DNA of 64,000 nucleotides from an uncultured Clostridia bacterium (GCA_937880755.1 CALGRX010000017.1:254560-318559); one strand, 5' to 3'; counted from the first letter of the stretch, positions 29,599-39,768 are shown. Made by a program: numbers and translations. Notes: generated from the letters alone by a model not told the origin.

Positions 29599-30186
29599 AT
29601 GGAAAGCAATAGAAAAATAAGGCGCAAAAGTTTTTTTGATAATCTAAAGCAATGCGTAAAGCATAACCAAGCCAAGCGCAACTTTGCCGAGCAGTATTAC
29701 GAGGTGTGCGAGGACGAGTCGGTGAGAATAAGAGTCAACGGAAGTGGCGGCGTGTTTTCGCAACTAGGCGGTAAAGGCGACCTTGACGACGGAGTGATAG
29801 GCTATATAGAGGATAAAGCCTACTACGTGCCTATAGATAGACCGCTTAAGATTTGCTTTGAGGGTGTGGCTAAAGAGGATAGACAAGCCGTGGAAGACGC
29901 TTATAAAAAGTATTTTAATCTAAAATTTAACGACAAATGCCTTGACCTCAAGATTTGTAATATCAAGTCGATTGCTTTGATGCTGATAGGTATAGCGTTT
30001 TTGGCGTTGGGCATAGTCGTGGAAAAATTTTTGCCTATTATGCTACTCAGCGAAATACTCACCGTGGCGGCGTCTTTCTCGATGTGGGAAAGCGTGGACT
30101 TCTTTCTTTTGGTGCGCACTAATGTCAAAACCGAAAAGCTTGATACGGCGCAGCTACTATTAGCTAAGATAGAATTTGAAGACTAA
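29599..30186 (+). CDS. hypothetical membrane protein
   Basis: Two C-terminal hydrophobic helices; starts 15 nt after the preceding gene, so probably co-transcribed. Confidence 0.5.
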   Translation: MESNRKIRRKSFFDNLKQCVKHNQAKRNFAEQYYEVCEDESVRIRVNGSGGVFSQLGGKGDLDDGVIGYIEDKAYYVPIDRPLKICFEGVAKEDRQAVEDAYKKYFNLKFNDKCLDLKICNIKSIALMLIGIAFLALGIVVEKFLPIMLLSEILTVAASFSMWESVDFFLLVRTNVKTEKLDTAQLLLAKIEFED

Positions 30187-30342
30187 AAGATATTAGGCGA
30201 AAGTTTAGTAATCTTCGTCGACGATTTGAAGAGGTAAACACAAACCGTAAATAGTGAGAAAAAATATAGTGGTCATCGCAACACCGAATGAAACGACAGC
30301 CACTATTTTGGAAAAATTACCCAACCTATTGGCGGGCAATTG

Positions 30343-30419
30343 TGGTGCACCCAAAGAGACTCGAACTCCCAACCTTTCGGTCCGTAGCCGAACGCTCTAT
30401 CCAATTGAGCTATGAGTGC
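30343..30419 (-). tRNA. tRNA-Arg(ACG)
   Basis: Manual cloverleaf: acceptor gcactca/tgggtgc, anticodon loop ctACGga, T arm gggagttcgagtctc, encoded CCA. Confidence 0.9.
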
Positions 30420-30526
30420 ACGCATATAGGTCAAATGCTATTTGCTATATTATTATAAGTTCAACAATTTTATTTGTCAATTGATTTTATCTTTTCAAAA
30501 GCCAAAAAATATGATAATCTAAACGT

Positions 30527-31264
30527 ATGGACGTTATGCTAAACGAAAACGAAAGACTCGACGACTTGGAATATAAGGGGTTGAGGCTTATTCAAGACAA
30601 AAACGGCTACTGTTTTACTTCCGACGCGGTATTGCTTGCCAACCTGGTGAGAGCGGGCAAAAACGACGTTGTGGTTGACTTTGGGTGCGGAAACGGCGTC
30701 GTGGCTATATTGGTGGCGGGCAAGACGACGGCAAAGAGCGTGGTGGGAATAGAGATGCAAGAGTGCGCCTACGAGCTTGCAGTGCGCAACGTAGAGCTCA
30801 ACGCAATGCAAGACAGAATAAGACTAATCAACGATGATATCATCAACGCCGACAGAGTGCTCGGCAAAGAGAGCGTGAGCGTGGTGGTGTGCAATCCGCC
30901 GTATTTTGAAAAGGATAGCGGACAAAAGAGAGTTAGCGAGAGTGTGGCGTTGTCAAGACACGAGAGTACTTGCAATCTCGACGATATCGTTACCAAAGCG
31001 AGCGAAGTGTTGAAATACGGCGGTAAACTATGGATGATACACAAGTGCGAGAGAATGGCTGAGGTACTCACTTCGATGAGCAATCACAACCTTGAACCCA
31101 AAAAGGTAACTTTGATATATCCAAAAGCTAACAAAATACCTGATACTTTCGTGGTTGAAGGCAAAAAATCTTCTGCCTCGGGAATGAAGGTTGATAGCAT
31201 AGTCGTATACGACCAAGATGGCAATATGACCGAGCAAGCCAAGAGGTTGTACAACAAATTGTAA
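30527..31264 (+). CDS. class I SAM-dependent methyltransferase, tRNA(adenine-N6)-MTase (YfiC/TrmN6)-like
   Basis: SAM motif VVDFGCGNG and catalytic NPPY (VVCNPPYF). Confidence 0.72.
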   Translation: MDVMLNENERLDDLEYKGLRLIQDKNGYCFTSDAVLLANLVRAGKNDVVVDFGCGNGVVAILVAGKTTAKSVVGIEMQECAYELAVRNVELNAMQDRIRLINDDIINADRVLGKESVSVVVCNPPYFEKDSGQKRVSESVALSRHESTCNLDDIVTKASEVLKYGGKLWMIHKCERMAEVLTSMSNHNLEPKKVTLIYPKANKIPDTFVVEGKKSSASGMKVDSIVVYDQDGNMTEQAKRLYNKL

Positions 31265-31377
31265 TCAAAAAAGTCGATACGTGTCGACAAAAAGCGCCAA
31301 CCGACGCAGATATGCACTTGGATTGAAGCGCTCGTTAGAAAAAATCGGACAAATTTTGACTTAATATTTGACGGATA

Positions 31378-31406
31378 TTGCACATCGGCGACATATGTGA
31401 TACAAT
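31378..31406 (+). promoter_or_regulatory. promoter of the two-component operon (TTGCAC-17-TGaTACAAT)
   Basis: Hexamers at 31378-31383 and 31401-31406 with a TG extension. Confidence 0.6.
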
Positions 31407-31431
31407 ATTGATATAAAGGAAGAGGGGAATT

Positions 31432-32094
31432 ATGCTTAATATTTTGGTCGTAGACGACGACAAAGAGTTGCTAAACGGAATCGCGAGAGAATTGTCTGTC
31501 AATTACAACGTGACGACAGCCGACAACGGCGCAATAGCGTTGGATATTGTAGAAAGACAAAAGTTTGATTGCGTGCTCATAGATATAGTTATGCCACAAA
31601 TCAACGGCTATGAGTTTTGCAGAGCGTTGAGAGAAAGAATGGATTGCACGATAATTTTTATGTCGTGTCTTACCGAAGCCGAGACGGTGGGTAAGTGCTT
31701 TGAATTGGGCGCGGACGACTTTATAAGCAAGCCTTTCGGATTTGGCGAGCTCAAAGCCCGTATCAATGCTCGCACCAGCAACGCCGTAAGGAGCGAATTG
31801 GTGTACGGCGACCTCGTCATAGACAACGTGCGCAATAGAGTAACTTATAAGAAAAATCCTATCGTGCTAACCAATATCGAATACGATTTGCTTTACTTTT
31901 TGGCGTTACACCCCGACGAACCGTATAACAAAGAAGATTTGTATCACCAAATTTGGAAACAAGATTCGCTCGACAGTACGCACACCGTTCAAGCGCATAT
32001 CTTCACTTTGAGAAAAAAATTGCAAGAAAAAACTCAAAAAGATTACATAACAACCTTTTGGAAAAAAGGCTACTTCTTCAATCCGAAGGCGTAA
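31432..32094 (+). CDS. OmpR-family response regulator
   Basis: Receiver domain (VVDDD .. DCVLIDIVMP) plus a winged-helix output domain. Confidence 0.9.
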   Translation: MLNILVVDDDKELLNGIARELSVNYNVTTADNGAIALDIVERQKFDCVLIDIVMPQINGYEFCRALRERMDCTIIFMSCLTEAETVGKCFELGADDFISKPFGFGELKARINARTSNAVRSELVYGDLVIDNVRNRVTYKKNPIVLTNIEYDLLYFLALHPDEPYNKEDLYHQIWKQDSLDSTHTVQAHIFTLRKKLQEKTQKDYITTFWKKGYFFNPKA

Positions 32095-32104
32095 ATGTTA
32101 GATT

Positions 32105-34195
32105 ATGACAAGGCGAGGTATTAGAACGAACAAGACTATTGACGTCAGACGGGCGCTTAGCTTTCCTATATGGGCGTTGGTCGTAGGTTTGGCTGTAGCC
32201 TTGTTTTTTGTTTTGTTCTATTTTGACAATATCTACGCCAATAAAGTCGACGTGTCGCAAGCGCAGTACTCGGACGGAAAGTTAATTATTACCGACAAAG
32301 AGTTGCTAGAACAGGCGACTCCGCTGGACGAATGGGAATATTTTGCCGATTGTTCTTCTTACGGGGACTATTGTTTTCGCTATGACGGCAAGATTGTCAA
32401 CACGGGTGACGACTCAACGTATCTAAGCAAGGATAGTACCCAAGCCGCAACTTACGCTTTGTCCATAGTCAACGAAACCAAAACTCACTCCGACCTAGCA
32501 ATTACTCTATACGTGCCACCCGTCAACAGTGCGTGTTGGCTCTTTGTCAACGGCGAATACGTGCAAGGCTCGGGCGACGTGGGCAATAGCTACAAGCCTT
32601 ACGCCATCGGACAGCAAATCAACTTTACACTAGAATACAAAGAAAAAGTGGAAATCGTCATCATTGCCGAAAACCGTTCTTGCTTCGAGGGAGGTATTAC
32701 TTCGCCTCCTATGATAGGCAAAAGCGGAAGGATAGTGGGTATGATAAATATCAAAAACATTATCAGACTGACTACCATTTTGTATACGGCTTTTCTCAGT
32801 GCAATAGCTATTTGGGTGTTTGTTTCTTCTAAAGACAAGGCATTTTTGTGGCTTGGCATTATGAGCTTTACATTTGCGGTGGCTGTGTCCGACGTGTTGG
32901 TTGCCAACATCGGTACAAGTATGGTGTGGGCAAAAGAGATAATATTGGAACTTGCCAAGACTATATGGGGTCTATATCTGGTATTTACTTGTTCTAGCAT
33001 AATAAGTAGGTCGAAGACGTCGTTGGTGGCGCGATACGTGGCGGTGGGAATTAACGCGCTTGCCGTGCTATTGATATGTCTAGTCAAACCGTTTACAGGT
33101 TATCTAAACCATGTGATAGATATATACAAGGGCGTGGTAATGATTATCAATATTTTGTATATTTGCATCCACGCTCTGGTGCATTATATCAGAAGTCGCA
33201 AGAGCTATATCACCATACTCAGCTCTTCGGTGCTTTTTGCGTCGATAATATTCGAGATTTTTGCCAAAGGCGCATACTTGCCTATGTATACGCTGGGACC
33301 GTTTGAGTGGGGCTGTTTGATAATGCTTATACTAATGTCTATCCGCACGATAAATCAAATGATTATTATGTCTAAGCGCAACCTGCAGTTCAACGAAAAC
33401 CTCATGCAAGAAGTGCAAAAACAAACGGCTAAGATAGAGAGCTTGCTCAAAGAACAAAAGGAATTTACTTCCATGGTGGTGCACGACCTAAAAGCACCGC
33501 TTGCTTCTATCAAAATGATGCTGTCGCAAGTGAATGCACCGCACAACGATATTGACGCGATGGACGCTATGATCAACAATATCGACCTCAAAATCATGGC
33601 AATGACCGACAATATCACTACTCTTCAAAACTTCAACGCTTTGGATATGACCGACGAACAATATCAGTTGATAGAATTAGGGGAATTTTTGCAAGGCATA
33701 TGCGACTTTATAAGACCCGACGCCGACGTGGAGGGCATAAATCTACAATTCCGTAGACGCAAAAAAGCCATGTACGTATACGCACCTGTCAAAAAATTGA
33801 CGCGCGCTATAGAAAATATTATATTCAACTCGATATCCTTTTGTGGGGAGGACGACGTAATCAAAGTCAAATATAGTAGCAAAATTGATTGCAATCAAAT
33901 CGTCGTATCCGATACGGGTTGCGGAATTTCACCACAGGCTTTGCCACATATTTTTGACAAATTTTATAGTGAAAGAAGTATGTCGTCATCGACTTTTAAG
34001 GGCGACGGATTGGGACTGTACTTCGTCAAAATGTTGATGGAAAGCATAGGCGGTAAGGTTTCGGCTAAGTCGTGGCTCAAGTCGGGCACGGATATAATCA
34101 TTGACCTACCTAAGGCGGAAGCGCCTATGACCGACCTTGCCGGTCAAGACTTGTCAAGTGATATTGATAATGAGGAAAAAGAGGAAGAGATATAG
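32105..34195 (+). CDS. sensor histidine kinase with 7TMR-DISM-type extracellular and 7TM module
   Basis: H-box HDLKAPL, N-box NIIFNSISF, G-boxes DTGCGI and GDGLGL. N-terminal TM helix, a periplasmic region of about 200 aa, then 7 TM helices. Confidence 0.85.
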   Translation: MTRRGIRTNKTIDVRRALSFPIWALVVGLAVALFFVLFYFDNIYANKVDVSQAQYSDGKLIITDKELLEQATPLDEWEYFADCSSYGDYCFRYDGKIVNTGDDSTYLSKDSTQAATYALSIVNETKTHSDLAITLYVPPVNSACWLFVNGEYVQGSGDVGNSYKPYAIGQQINFTLEYKEKVEIVIIAENRSCFEGGITSPPMIGKSGRIVGMINIKNIIRLTTILYTAFLSAIAIWVFVSSKDKAFLWLGIMSFTFAVAVSDVLVANIGTSMVWAKEIILELAKTIWGLYLVFTCSSIISRSKTSLVARYVAVGINALAVLLICLVKPFTGYLNHVIDIYKGVVMIINILYICIHALVHYIRSRKSYITILSSSVLFASIIFEIFAKGAYLPMYTLGPFEWGCLIMLILMSIRTINQMIIMSKRNLQFNENLMQEVQKQTAKIESLLKEQKEFTSMVVHDLKAPLASIKMMLSQVNAPHNDIDAMDAMINNIDLKIMAMTDNITTLQNFNALDMTDEQYQLIELGEFLQGICDFIRPDADVEGINLQFRRRKKAMYVYAPVKKLTRAIENIIFNSISFCGEDDVIKVKYSSKIDCNQIVVSDTGCGISPQALPHIFDKFYSERSMSSSTFKGDGLGLYFVKMLMESIGGKVSAKSWLKSGTDIIIDLPKAEAPMTDLAGQDLSSDIDNEEKEEEI

Positions 34196-34262
34196 GACGA
34201 AAATAGCTAAACGTATTATTTGACCTTAAGGTATGGATAATATTTGCTATCCAACTAAATAC

Positions 34263-34298
34263 AAAAGAGCAACCTTGAGATATTAGGTTGCTCTTTTA
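34263..34298. terminator. bidirectional terminator between the convergent HK and DegT genes
   Basis: Stem aaaagagcaacct / aggttgctctttt with A and T runs on either side. Confidence 0.8.
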
Positions 34299-34370
34299 TG
34301 TATTGATATTTTCTCTTTTATAGCTTTTGAGATTTTTGGCTTTTGATTTGGTTACATAAGTGCAAAAATA

Positions 34371-35633
34371 TTATCTCAAATATTGCTTGATTATCGCACT
34401 ATAAGTGTCGATGACGTATTGCACTTGCTCGTCGGTGAGAAGGGTGTGCAAAGGAAGTGTGATTTCGCTAGCGTAACGGGCGTAGGCGTTAGGGTAGTCC
34501 TCGATATCAAAGCCCATCGTTTTGTACGCCGTGTGCATAGGGAGCGGCTTGTAGTGTACGTTGCACGAAACTCCTGCCTCAGCCATTTTGACGATGATTT
34601 CTCTACGCTCTTCGTCGCTCACGTTAAGTAGATTGGTGATATATAGATGTCCCGATGAGGAATAGTCGTCGGTGTAGTGAGGCAAGACTTGGACCCCCAA
34701 AGGCTTGAGTGCCTTGTCGTACGCCTCGATAATCTCACGTCTTCTTCGCAAAAGACTAGGGTAACGGCCGAATTGGGCAAGCCCAATAGACGCCATTATG
34801 TCGGTGAGATTGCACTTGTACCAAGGCGCGACGATGTCGTATTCCCACATTCCAGGTTTGTTTTTGTTGAGTGCGTCCTTGCTCTGTCCGTGTAATGAGA
34901 GCAGTTGCAAAGTGTGATATAACTCGTCGTCGTCCACGCCGTCGATACCTTTCCACGTCAAGCAACCGCCTTCGCCGGTGGTAAAGTTTTTGACCGCGTG
35001 CCAGCTAAATGACGAAAAGTCGGCAACGTTGCCTATCATTTTGCCATGCCACTCAGAGCCAAAGGCGTGTGCGGTGTCAGCCATAACGGCAACTCTACCC
35101 ATTGCCCTTTGGATATCGTTGGACGGGGTGAATAGCAATTTTTTCCTATCCACAATATCAAAAATCTTGTCGTAGTCGCAAGGCACTCCGCCAAGGTCAA
35201 CGGGGACGATAGCCTTGGTGTGCTCGTTGATTAACCTCTCTACGGCGTCGTAGTCCATCTCCAAAGAGTCCTTTTGTACGTCGACTATCACGAGTTTTGC
35301 CCCAACGTGGCACACTACCGAAGCAGTTGCGGTGTAGGTGTATGCGGGTACGATAACTTCGTCGTCTCTACTGCCTCCCGCATTAGCACCGATACCCATA
35401 AGGCGCAACGCCATCTCTTGACAAGCCGTCTGACTATTGAGCGCAACGCATCTCGGCGTGCCTTTTTCCGTGCGACCAACGCCAATCCAATCTGCAATTT
35501 TTTTCTCCAACAGCTTGGTTTTAGGTCCCGTGGTTATCCAACCCGAACGCAACGTGTCGGCAACTTCGGCTATCTCTTCTTCTCCCACGTCGGGTGGGGA
35601 AAATGGTATATTCATTTTTGGTACTTCTGCCAT
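34371..35633 (-). CDS. DegT/DnrJ/EryC1/StrS-family PLP aminotransferase
   Basis: Family pattern: N-terminal IPFSPPDVGEEE and PLP-lysine region SFSWHAVKNFTTGEGG. AGGAG lies 7 nt before ATG 35633. Confidence 0.85.
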   Translation of the reverse strand: MAEVPKMNIPFSPPDVGEEEIAEVADTLRSGWITTGPKTKLLEKKIADWIGVGRTEKGTPRCVALNSQTACQEMALRLMGIGANAGGSRDDEVIVPAYTYTATASVVCHVGAKLVIVDVQKDSLEMDYDAVERLINEHTKAIVPVDLGGVPCDYDKIFDIVDRKKLLFTPSNDIQRAMGRVAVMADTAHAFGSEWHGKMIGNVADFSSFSWHAVKNFTTGEGGCLTWKGIDGVDDDELYHTLQLLSLHGQSKDALNKNKPGMWEYDIVAPWYKCNLTDIMASIGLAQFGRYPSLLRRRREIIEAYDKALKPLGVQVLPHYTDDYSSSGHLYITNLLNVSDEERREIIVKMAEAGVSCNVHYKPLPMHTAYKTMGFDIEDYPNAYARYASEITLPLHTLLTDEQVQYVIDTYSAIIKQYLR

Positions 35634-35861
35634 AATGCACTCCTATAATGTATGTAAATTCTTACTTAAATATTATAAGGCACATAGCGAGTGTTGTCAA
35701 TATTGGATAGGTATATATCAATTATGTATTTGTAGAAAGTAAGTAGTGCAAGTGGTTATAGGTATACGTGAATTACAAAGCCCAAAGTGTGATTGGCTTG
35801 CAAATACTGAGTGTGAATATGGAATCAACAGAAAAAATTATGATTATTTGCTGCAAACTTA

Positions 35862-35920
35862 TTGACAATTATCGTATAGGGCGTTAATATTAAAACAACC
35901 GTTCTAGAACAAGCGTTCTA
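35862..35920 (+). promoter_or_regulatory. TetR-operon promoter (TTGACA-17-TAATAT) followed by overlapping palindromes (candidate operator)
   Basis: -35 at 35862-35867 and -10 at 35885-35890. gttctagaac at 35901-35910; agaacaagcgttct at 35906-35919; direct cgttcta at 35900 and 35914. Confidence 0.6.
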
Positions 35921-35940
35921 AATAAATAAGGGTGTGAATA

Positions 35941-36585
35941 ATGCCAAAGAAACCTAAGTTTACAAGACAAGAAATAATAGACACGGCTTACGAACTCGTA
36001 AGAGAGGAGGGCAAGAATAATTTGGTCGCCAGAAATCTTGCTAAAAGGCTGAATTCTGCTTGCTCTCCGATATTTACCCTGTTTGAGAGTATGGACGAAG
36101 TAAAGCAAGAGGTTCTAAAAAAGGCTAAAGCCGACTTTGTCGATAGCCTCAAGCAAAGCCTGAGTTACTTCCCGATTTTTAAGGAATTCGTACTTAGATA
36201 CGTTAGATTTGCAATAGAAAATCCCAACGTGTATCTACTTTTGTTTGAAGTGCGCAATAGCATAGGTATGGAAGATATTTTGAGTGATTTTGCCGACGTG
36301 ATAGAGCCGATTTTGGATGGTATTCAAAAGACCTTTGATTTGAATAGAGAAGAAAGTAAATATCTTTGCGACCATATGATAATTACCGCCAACGGTATGG
36401 CGACGTTGCTTACAACGGAAAAGATCAAATACTCCGAGGCTGAGATAGGCAAGTATATGAGCGAAACGTGTATAGGTATGGTGCTTATACTAAAGACCAA
36501 AGACGGCAAGTTGGACGTGGACGTTGCTAAGAAAATGGCAAACTCGATAGACAAAATGCCCGTCAGAATAGATACACAATCATAA
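35941..36585 (+). CDS. TetR/AcrR-family transcriptional regulator
   Basis: N-terminal HTH (RQEIIDTAYELVREEGKNNLVARNLAKRLNSACSPIFTLF). Confidence 0.85.
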   Translation: MPKKPKFTRQEIIDTAYELVREEGKNNLVARNLAKRLNSACSPIFTLFESMDEVKQEVLKKAKADFVDSLKQSLSYFPIFKEFVLRYVRFAIENPNVYLLLFEVRNSIGMEDILSDFADVIEPILDGIQKTFDLNREESKYLCDHMIITANGMATLLTTEKIKYSEAEIGKYMSETCIGMVLILKTKDGKLDVDVAKKMANSIDKMPVRIDTQS

Positions 36586-36599
36586 GAGGAGATATAGAG

Positions 36600-37109
36600 A
36601 TGCAAGCAATAATTTTTACGTCAAATACGGGGCATACCCAAGAATATGCGCAAATGCTAGGGGAAGAGCTGGGTCTACCTTGCTACGACCTTAAGCAAGC
36701 CAAGAGCAAGCTGTCTTCGGGTGTGGACGTAGTTTACCTAGGCTGGATTATGGCGGGCAACGTTCAAGGACTAAAGAAAGCTTTGAGAAGATATAGCGTC
36801 AAGGCGGTATGTGCCGTCGGTATGAGTGGCAACGATAAACAGCTCGAAGAGATATATGAAAAGTATATGTTTTTGGAAGAAACTCCGCTATTTTATCTGC
36901 AAGGCGGTCTAGAATTTCAAAAGCTGAAAGGCGTGTACAAGTTTTTGATTGGTACAATCAAAAAAGTTATGGGCAAAAAGTTGGAAACCAAAGAAAACAA
37001 AACTCAAGAAGAACAAGATATGCTTGATCTCATCGTCAACGGAAGAAGCATGGTGAGTAAAGAAAAATTGAGCGAGGTGCTTGCTTATTTGAAGGAGAAG
37101 ACGATATGA
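36600..37109 (+). CDS. flavodoxin-like domain protein (hypothetical)
   Basis: MQAIIFTSNTGHTQEYAQ resembles a flavodoxin-fold N-terminus. Function not established. Confidence 0.5.
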   Translation: MQAIIFTSNTGHTQEYAQMLGEELGLPCYDLKQAKSKLSSGVDVVYLGWIMAGNVQGLKKALRRYSVKAVCAVGMSGNDKQLEEIYEKYMFLEETPLFYLQGGLEFQKLKGVYKFLIGTIKKVMGKKLETKENKTQEEQDMLDLIVNGRSMVSKEKLSEVLAYLKEKTI

Positions 37110-37956
37110 AAAGGCTTTGACAGTAGTTGCCGTTATAGTGGTAGTGGCGTGCGCAGGACTTTTGAGCGCCTGTCAAGTGCCACTCGTAATACGGTGTATG
37201 AGTTATGCCGACGCAGAAAACTATCTTATCGGCAATCAACAATACGAAGGGCATCTAGACAGCATACGCGTAAATTGGTACGTGGGAGAAGTGAATTTCG
37301 TGCAAAGCGACGACAATACGATTAGCATAGTAGAAGATAACGAGTCGAAAGATAAGCAAAAGGTACGTTCGTATTTTAGCGACGGAGTGTTGAGAGTGGA
37401 ATTTTGGCAGTCGGGATTGGCAAGCAAAGTAAAATCCAAGGACAAAAAGGTGACGATAATATATCCAAAATGCGGTGCTATTGAGTTGATGAGCACTTCA
37501 GCCAAAGTCACCGCCGATAAATTGAACGCCGACAACGTAAACATTATTATGACGAGCGGATATTGTTCTATAGGCGAGCTAAAAGCCAAGAACTTTGACT
37601 TCACCTCCACTTCGGGTAGTATCGTGGTCAATAAGATGAATTGCACTATCGCAGATATCGGCTAGACGTCGGGTAGCTGCGAGTTAAACAAAGCGCAAGC
37701 GGATACGCTCAACTTTACGTCAACTTAGGGTAGCTCTTACGCCGAGATAGATAGTGCTAAAGTTGTGAAAATAGGCAGTACGAGAGGTAGCGTAAACTTG
37801 AAACTGAACGTGGGTGCAACGATAAGTTTTTCGACCGTTAGCGGGTCGTTTAGTTGTGAAAAAGAACATAGCGACAAAGTCGGCAAAAAGGTTATTGGCA
37901 ACGGGGAGACGGTAATTGAAGTAAATACGACTAGTGGCTCTTTGAAAGTGAGGTAA
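37106..37956 (+). pseudogene. DUF4097-like (putative adhesin beta-helix) lipoprotein gene with three lesions
   Basis: ATG 37106 (GGAG about 7 nt upstream) reads MKRL then TGA; the frame at 37117 continues LTVVAVIVVVACAGLLSAC (lipobox). In-frame TAG codons at 37663-37665 and 37726-37728; the frame is otherwise open to 37956. Repeated xSTSGSx pattern. Confidence 0.65.
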
Positions 37957-37958
37957 AT

Positions 37959-38867
37959 ATGGAAAAAATTATAGAAATCAAGCATCTAAAAAAATACTTT
38001 AAGGAAGTCAAAGCCGTAGACGACTTGACCTTTTCCGTCAAAAAAGGCGAACTGTTTTCATTTTTGGGCGTCAACGGCGCGGGAAAGTCGACGACTATCT
38101 CCATGATTTCGGGTACGCTCCAAAAGGACAGCGGAGAGATAGTCATTGCCGGACATAATATCGAAAACGCCAAAAAGAGTATTCTAAACGATATAGGCGT
38201 GGTATTTCAAACTTCGGTGTTGGATACGAGCTTGTCGGTCAAGGACAATTTGACTACCAAGGCGGCGTTGTACGGGCTTAGCAAGGAAACGACGAAAAGG
38301 AGAATTGCCGAGCTTGCCGAGATATTGGAATTTGATGACTTGCTGACAAGGACGGTGGGCAAGCTGTCGGGCGGACAAAAGAGACGTATTGACGTGGCGA
38401 GAGCGCTCATCAACGAACCTAAGATTTTGATACTTGACGAGCCGACCACGGGGCTTGACCCGCAGACTCGCAAGACGCTGTGGAAAGTGATAGACGATTG
38501 TCGAAAAAATAAGGGTATGACGGTATTTTTGACCACTCACTATATGGAAGAAGCGGCGGAATCCGACTATATCGTCATTTTGGACGCCGGTAAAATCGTA
38601 GCCGAAGGCACGCCTTTGGAACTCAAAAATACCTATACGGGCGACTTCGTGACGGTGTACGGCGTGCAAGAAGAAGCAGTCAAAAAACTTGGACTGAATT
38701 ACGAAAAAATCAAGGACGCCTATCGAATAAGCGTCAAAAATACGCAAGAAGCCAAAGAATTGATTGTCAACAACGGCGATTTGTTCAACGACTTCGAGAT
38801 AACCAAAGGCAAGATGGACGACGTATTCCTAAGCGTTACGGGCAAAAAATTGGTGGGAGGCAACTGA
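37959..38867 (+). CDS. ABC transporter ATP-binding protein (ABC-2/DrrA-like)
   Basis: Walker A GVNGAGKST, signature LSGGQKRR, Walker B ILILDEP. Confidence 0.9.
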   Translation: MEKIIEIKHLKKYFKEVKAVDDLTFSVKKGELFSFLGVNGAGKSTTISMISGTLQKDSGEIVIAGHNIENAKKSILNDIGVVFQTSVLDTSLSVKDNLTTKAALYGLSKETTKRRIAELAEILEFDDLLTRTVGKLSGGQKRRIDVARALINEPKILILDEPTTGLDPQTRKTLWKVIDDCRKNKGMTVFLTTHYMEEAAESDYIVILDAGKIVAEGTPLELKNTYTGDFVTVYGVQEEAVKKLGLNYEKIKDAYRISVKNTQEAKELIVNNGDLFNDFEITKGKMDDVFLSVTGKKLVGGN

Positions 38868-38868
38868 T

Positions 38869-39768
38869 ATGAGACAACTTTTGATGCTAACAAGAAGAAA
38901 CGTAAAACTCTTTTTTAAGGACAAAGGTATGTTTTTGTCGTCGCTGATTACGCCGATTATTTTGCTCGTACTGTATATGACCTTTTTGGCTAAGATTTAT
39001 AAGGATACTTTTGCAGGCTCGATGCCCGACGGCTTTACTTTGGACCAAGGAATAATCAACGGAACGGTGGGCGGACAACTGCTGGCGTCTCTCCTTGCCG
39101 TGTCGTGCATTACGGTGGCGTTTTGCTCTAACCTAATTATGGTGCAAGACAAGGTGAGCGGGGTAAAAAGAGACCTTATGGTGTCGCCTATCGAATCGTA
39201 TAAGGTGGCTATCGCATACTATCTAGGCACTTTGCTCAATACTATGATAGTGTGCCTATTTGCCTTGATTGCCGGTTGTATCTACCTCATTGCGGTAGGC
39301 GGTTGGTATCTATCGGCAGTCGACGTGGTGCTACTGATAGTAGACGTATTTTTGCTGACTATGTTCGGTACTGCGCTGTCGTCGATAGTCAATACCTTTT
39401 TGACTACCCAAGGTCAAATGTCTGCCGTGGGCACGATAGTTTCGGCAGGGTACGGCTTTATATGCGGTGCGTATATGCCTATATCCAACTTTGGAGACGG
39501 GCTACAAAAGGCACTCTCGTTGCTCCCCGGCACTTATGGTACGTCGCTGGTCAAAAATCATACCCTGAGAGGCGTATTGGAGGAGATGAAAAATAGTGGT
39601 GTGCCGAGCCAAGTCGTAGACGGCATCAAGGGTAGTATCGATTGCTCCTTCGACTTTTTCGGACACGACGTATCTATCACGGCTATGTACCTCGTGATGA
39701 TAATATCCGTCCTTGCGCTAGTAGGAATATACGTGCTAATCAACGTGTTGAGAAAAAATAGAATTTGA
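38869..39768 (+). CDS. ABC-2 type transporter permease
   Basis: Six hydrophobic segments; starts 1 nt after the ATPase gene. Confidence 0.8.
   Translation: MRQLLMLTRRNVKLFFKDKGMFLSSLITPIILLVLYMTFLAKIYKDTFAGSMPDGFTLDQGIINGTVGGQLLASLLAVSCITVAFCSNLIMVQDKVSGVKRDLMVSPIESYKVAIAYYLGTLLNTMIVCLFALIAGCIYLIAVGGWYLSAVDVVLLIVDVFLLTMFGTALSSIVNTFLTTQGQMSAVGTIVSAGYGFICGAYMPISNFGDGLQKALSLLPGTYGTSLVKNHTLRGVLEEMKNSGVPSQVVDGIKGSIDCSFDFFGHDVSITAMYLVMIISVLALVGIYVLINVLRKNRI

Noticed and set aside
37663-37728. TAG reassignment or pyrrolysine-type recoding to explain the two in-frame TAGs
   Set aside because: TAG is the stop codon of ctsR (16836-16838), mcsA (17320-17322), mcsB (18323-18325) and dinB (14289-14291) in this same window. 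The gene also has a start-region frameshift, so decay is the simpler explanation.
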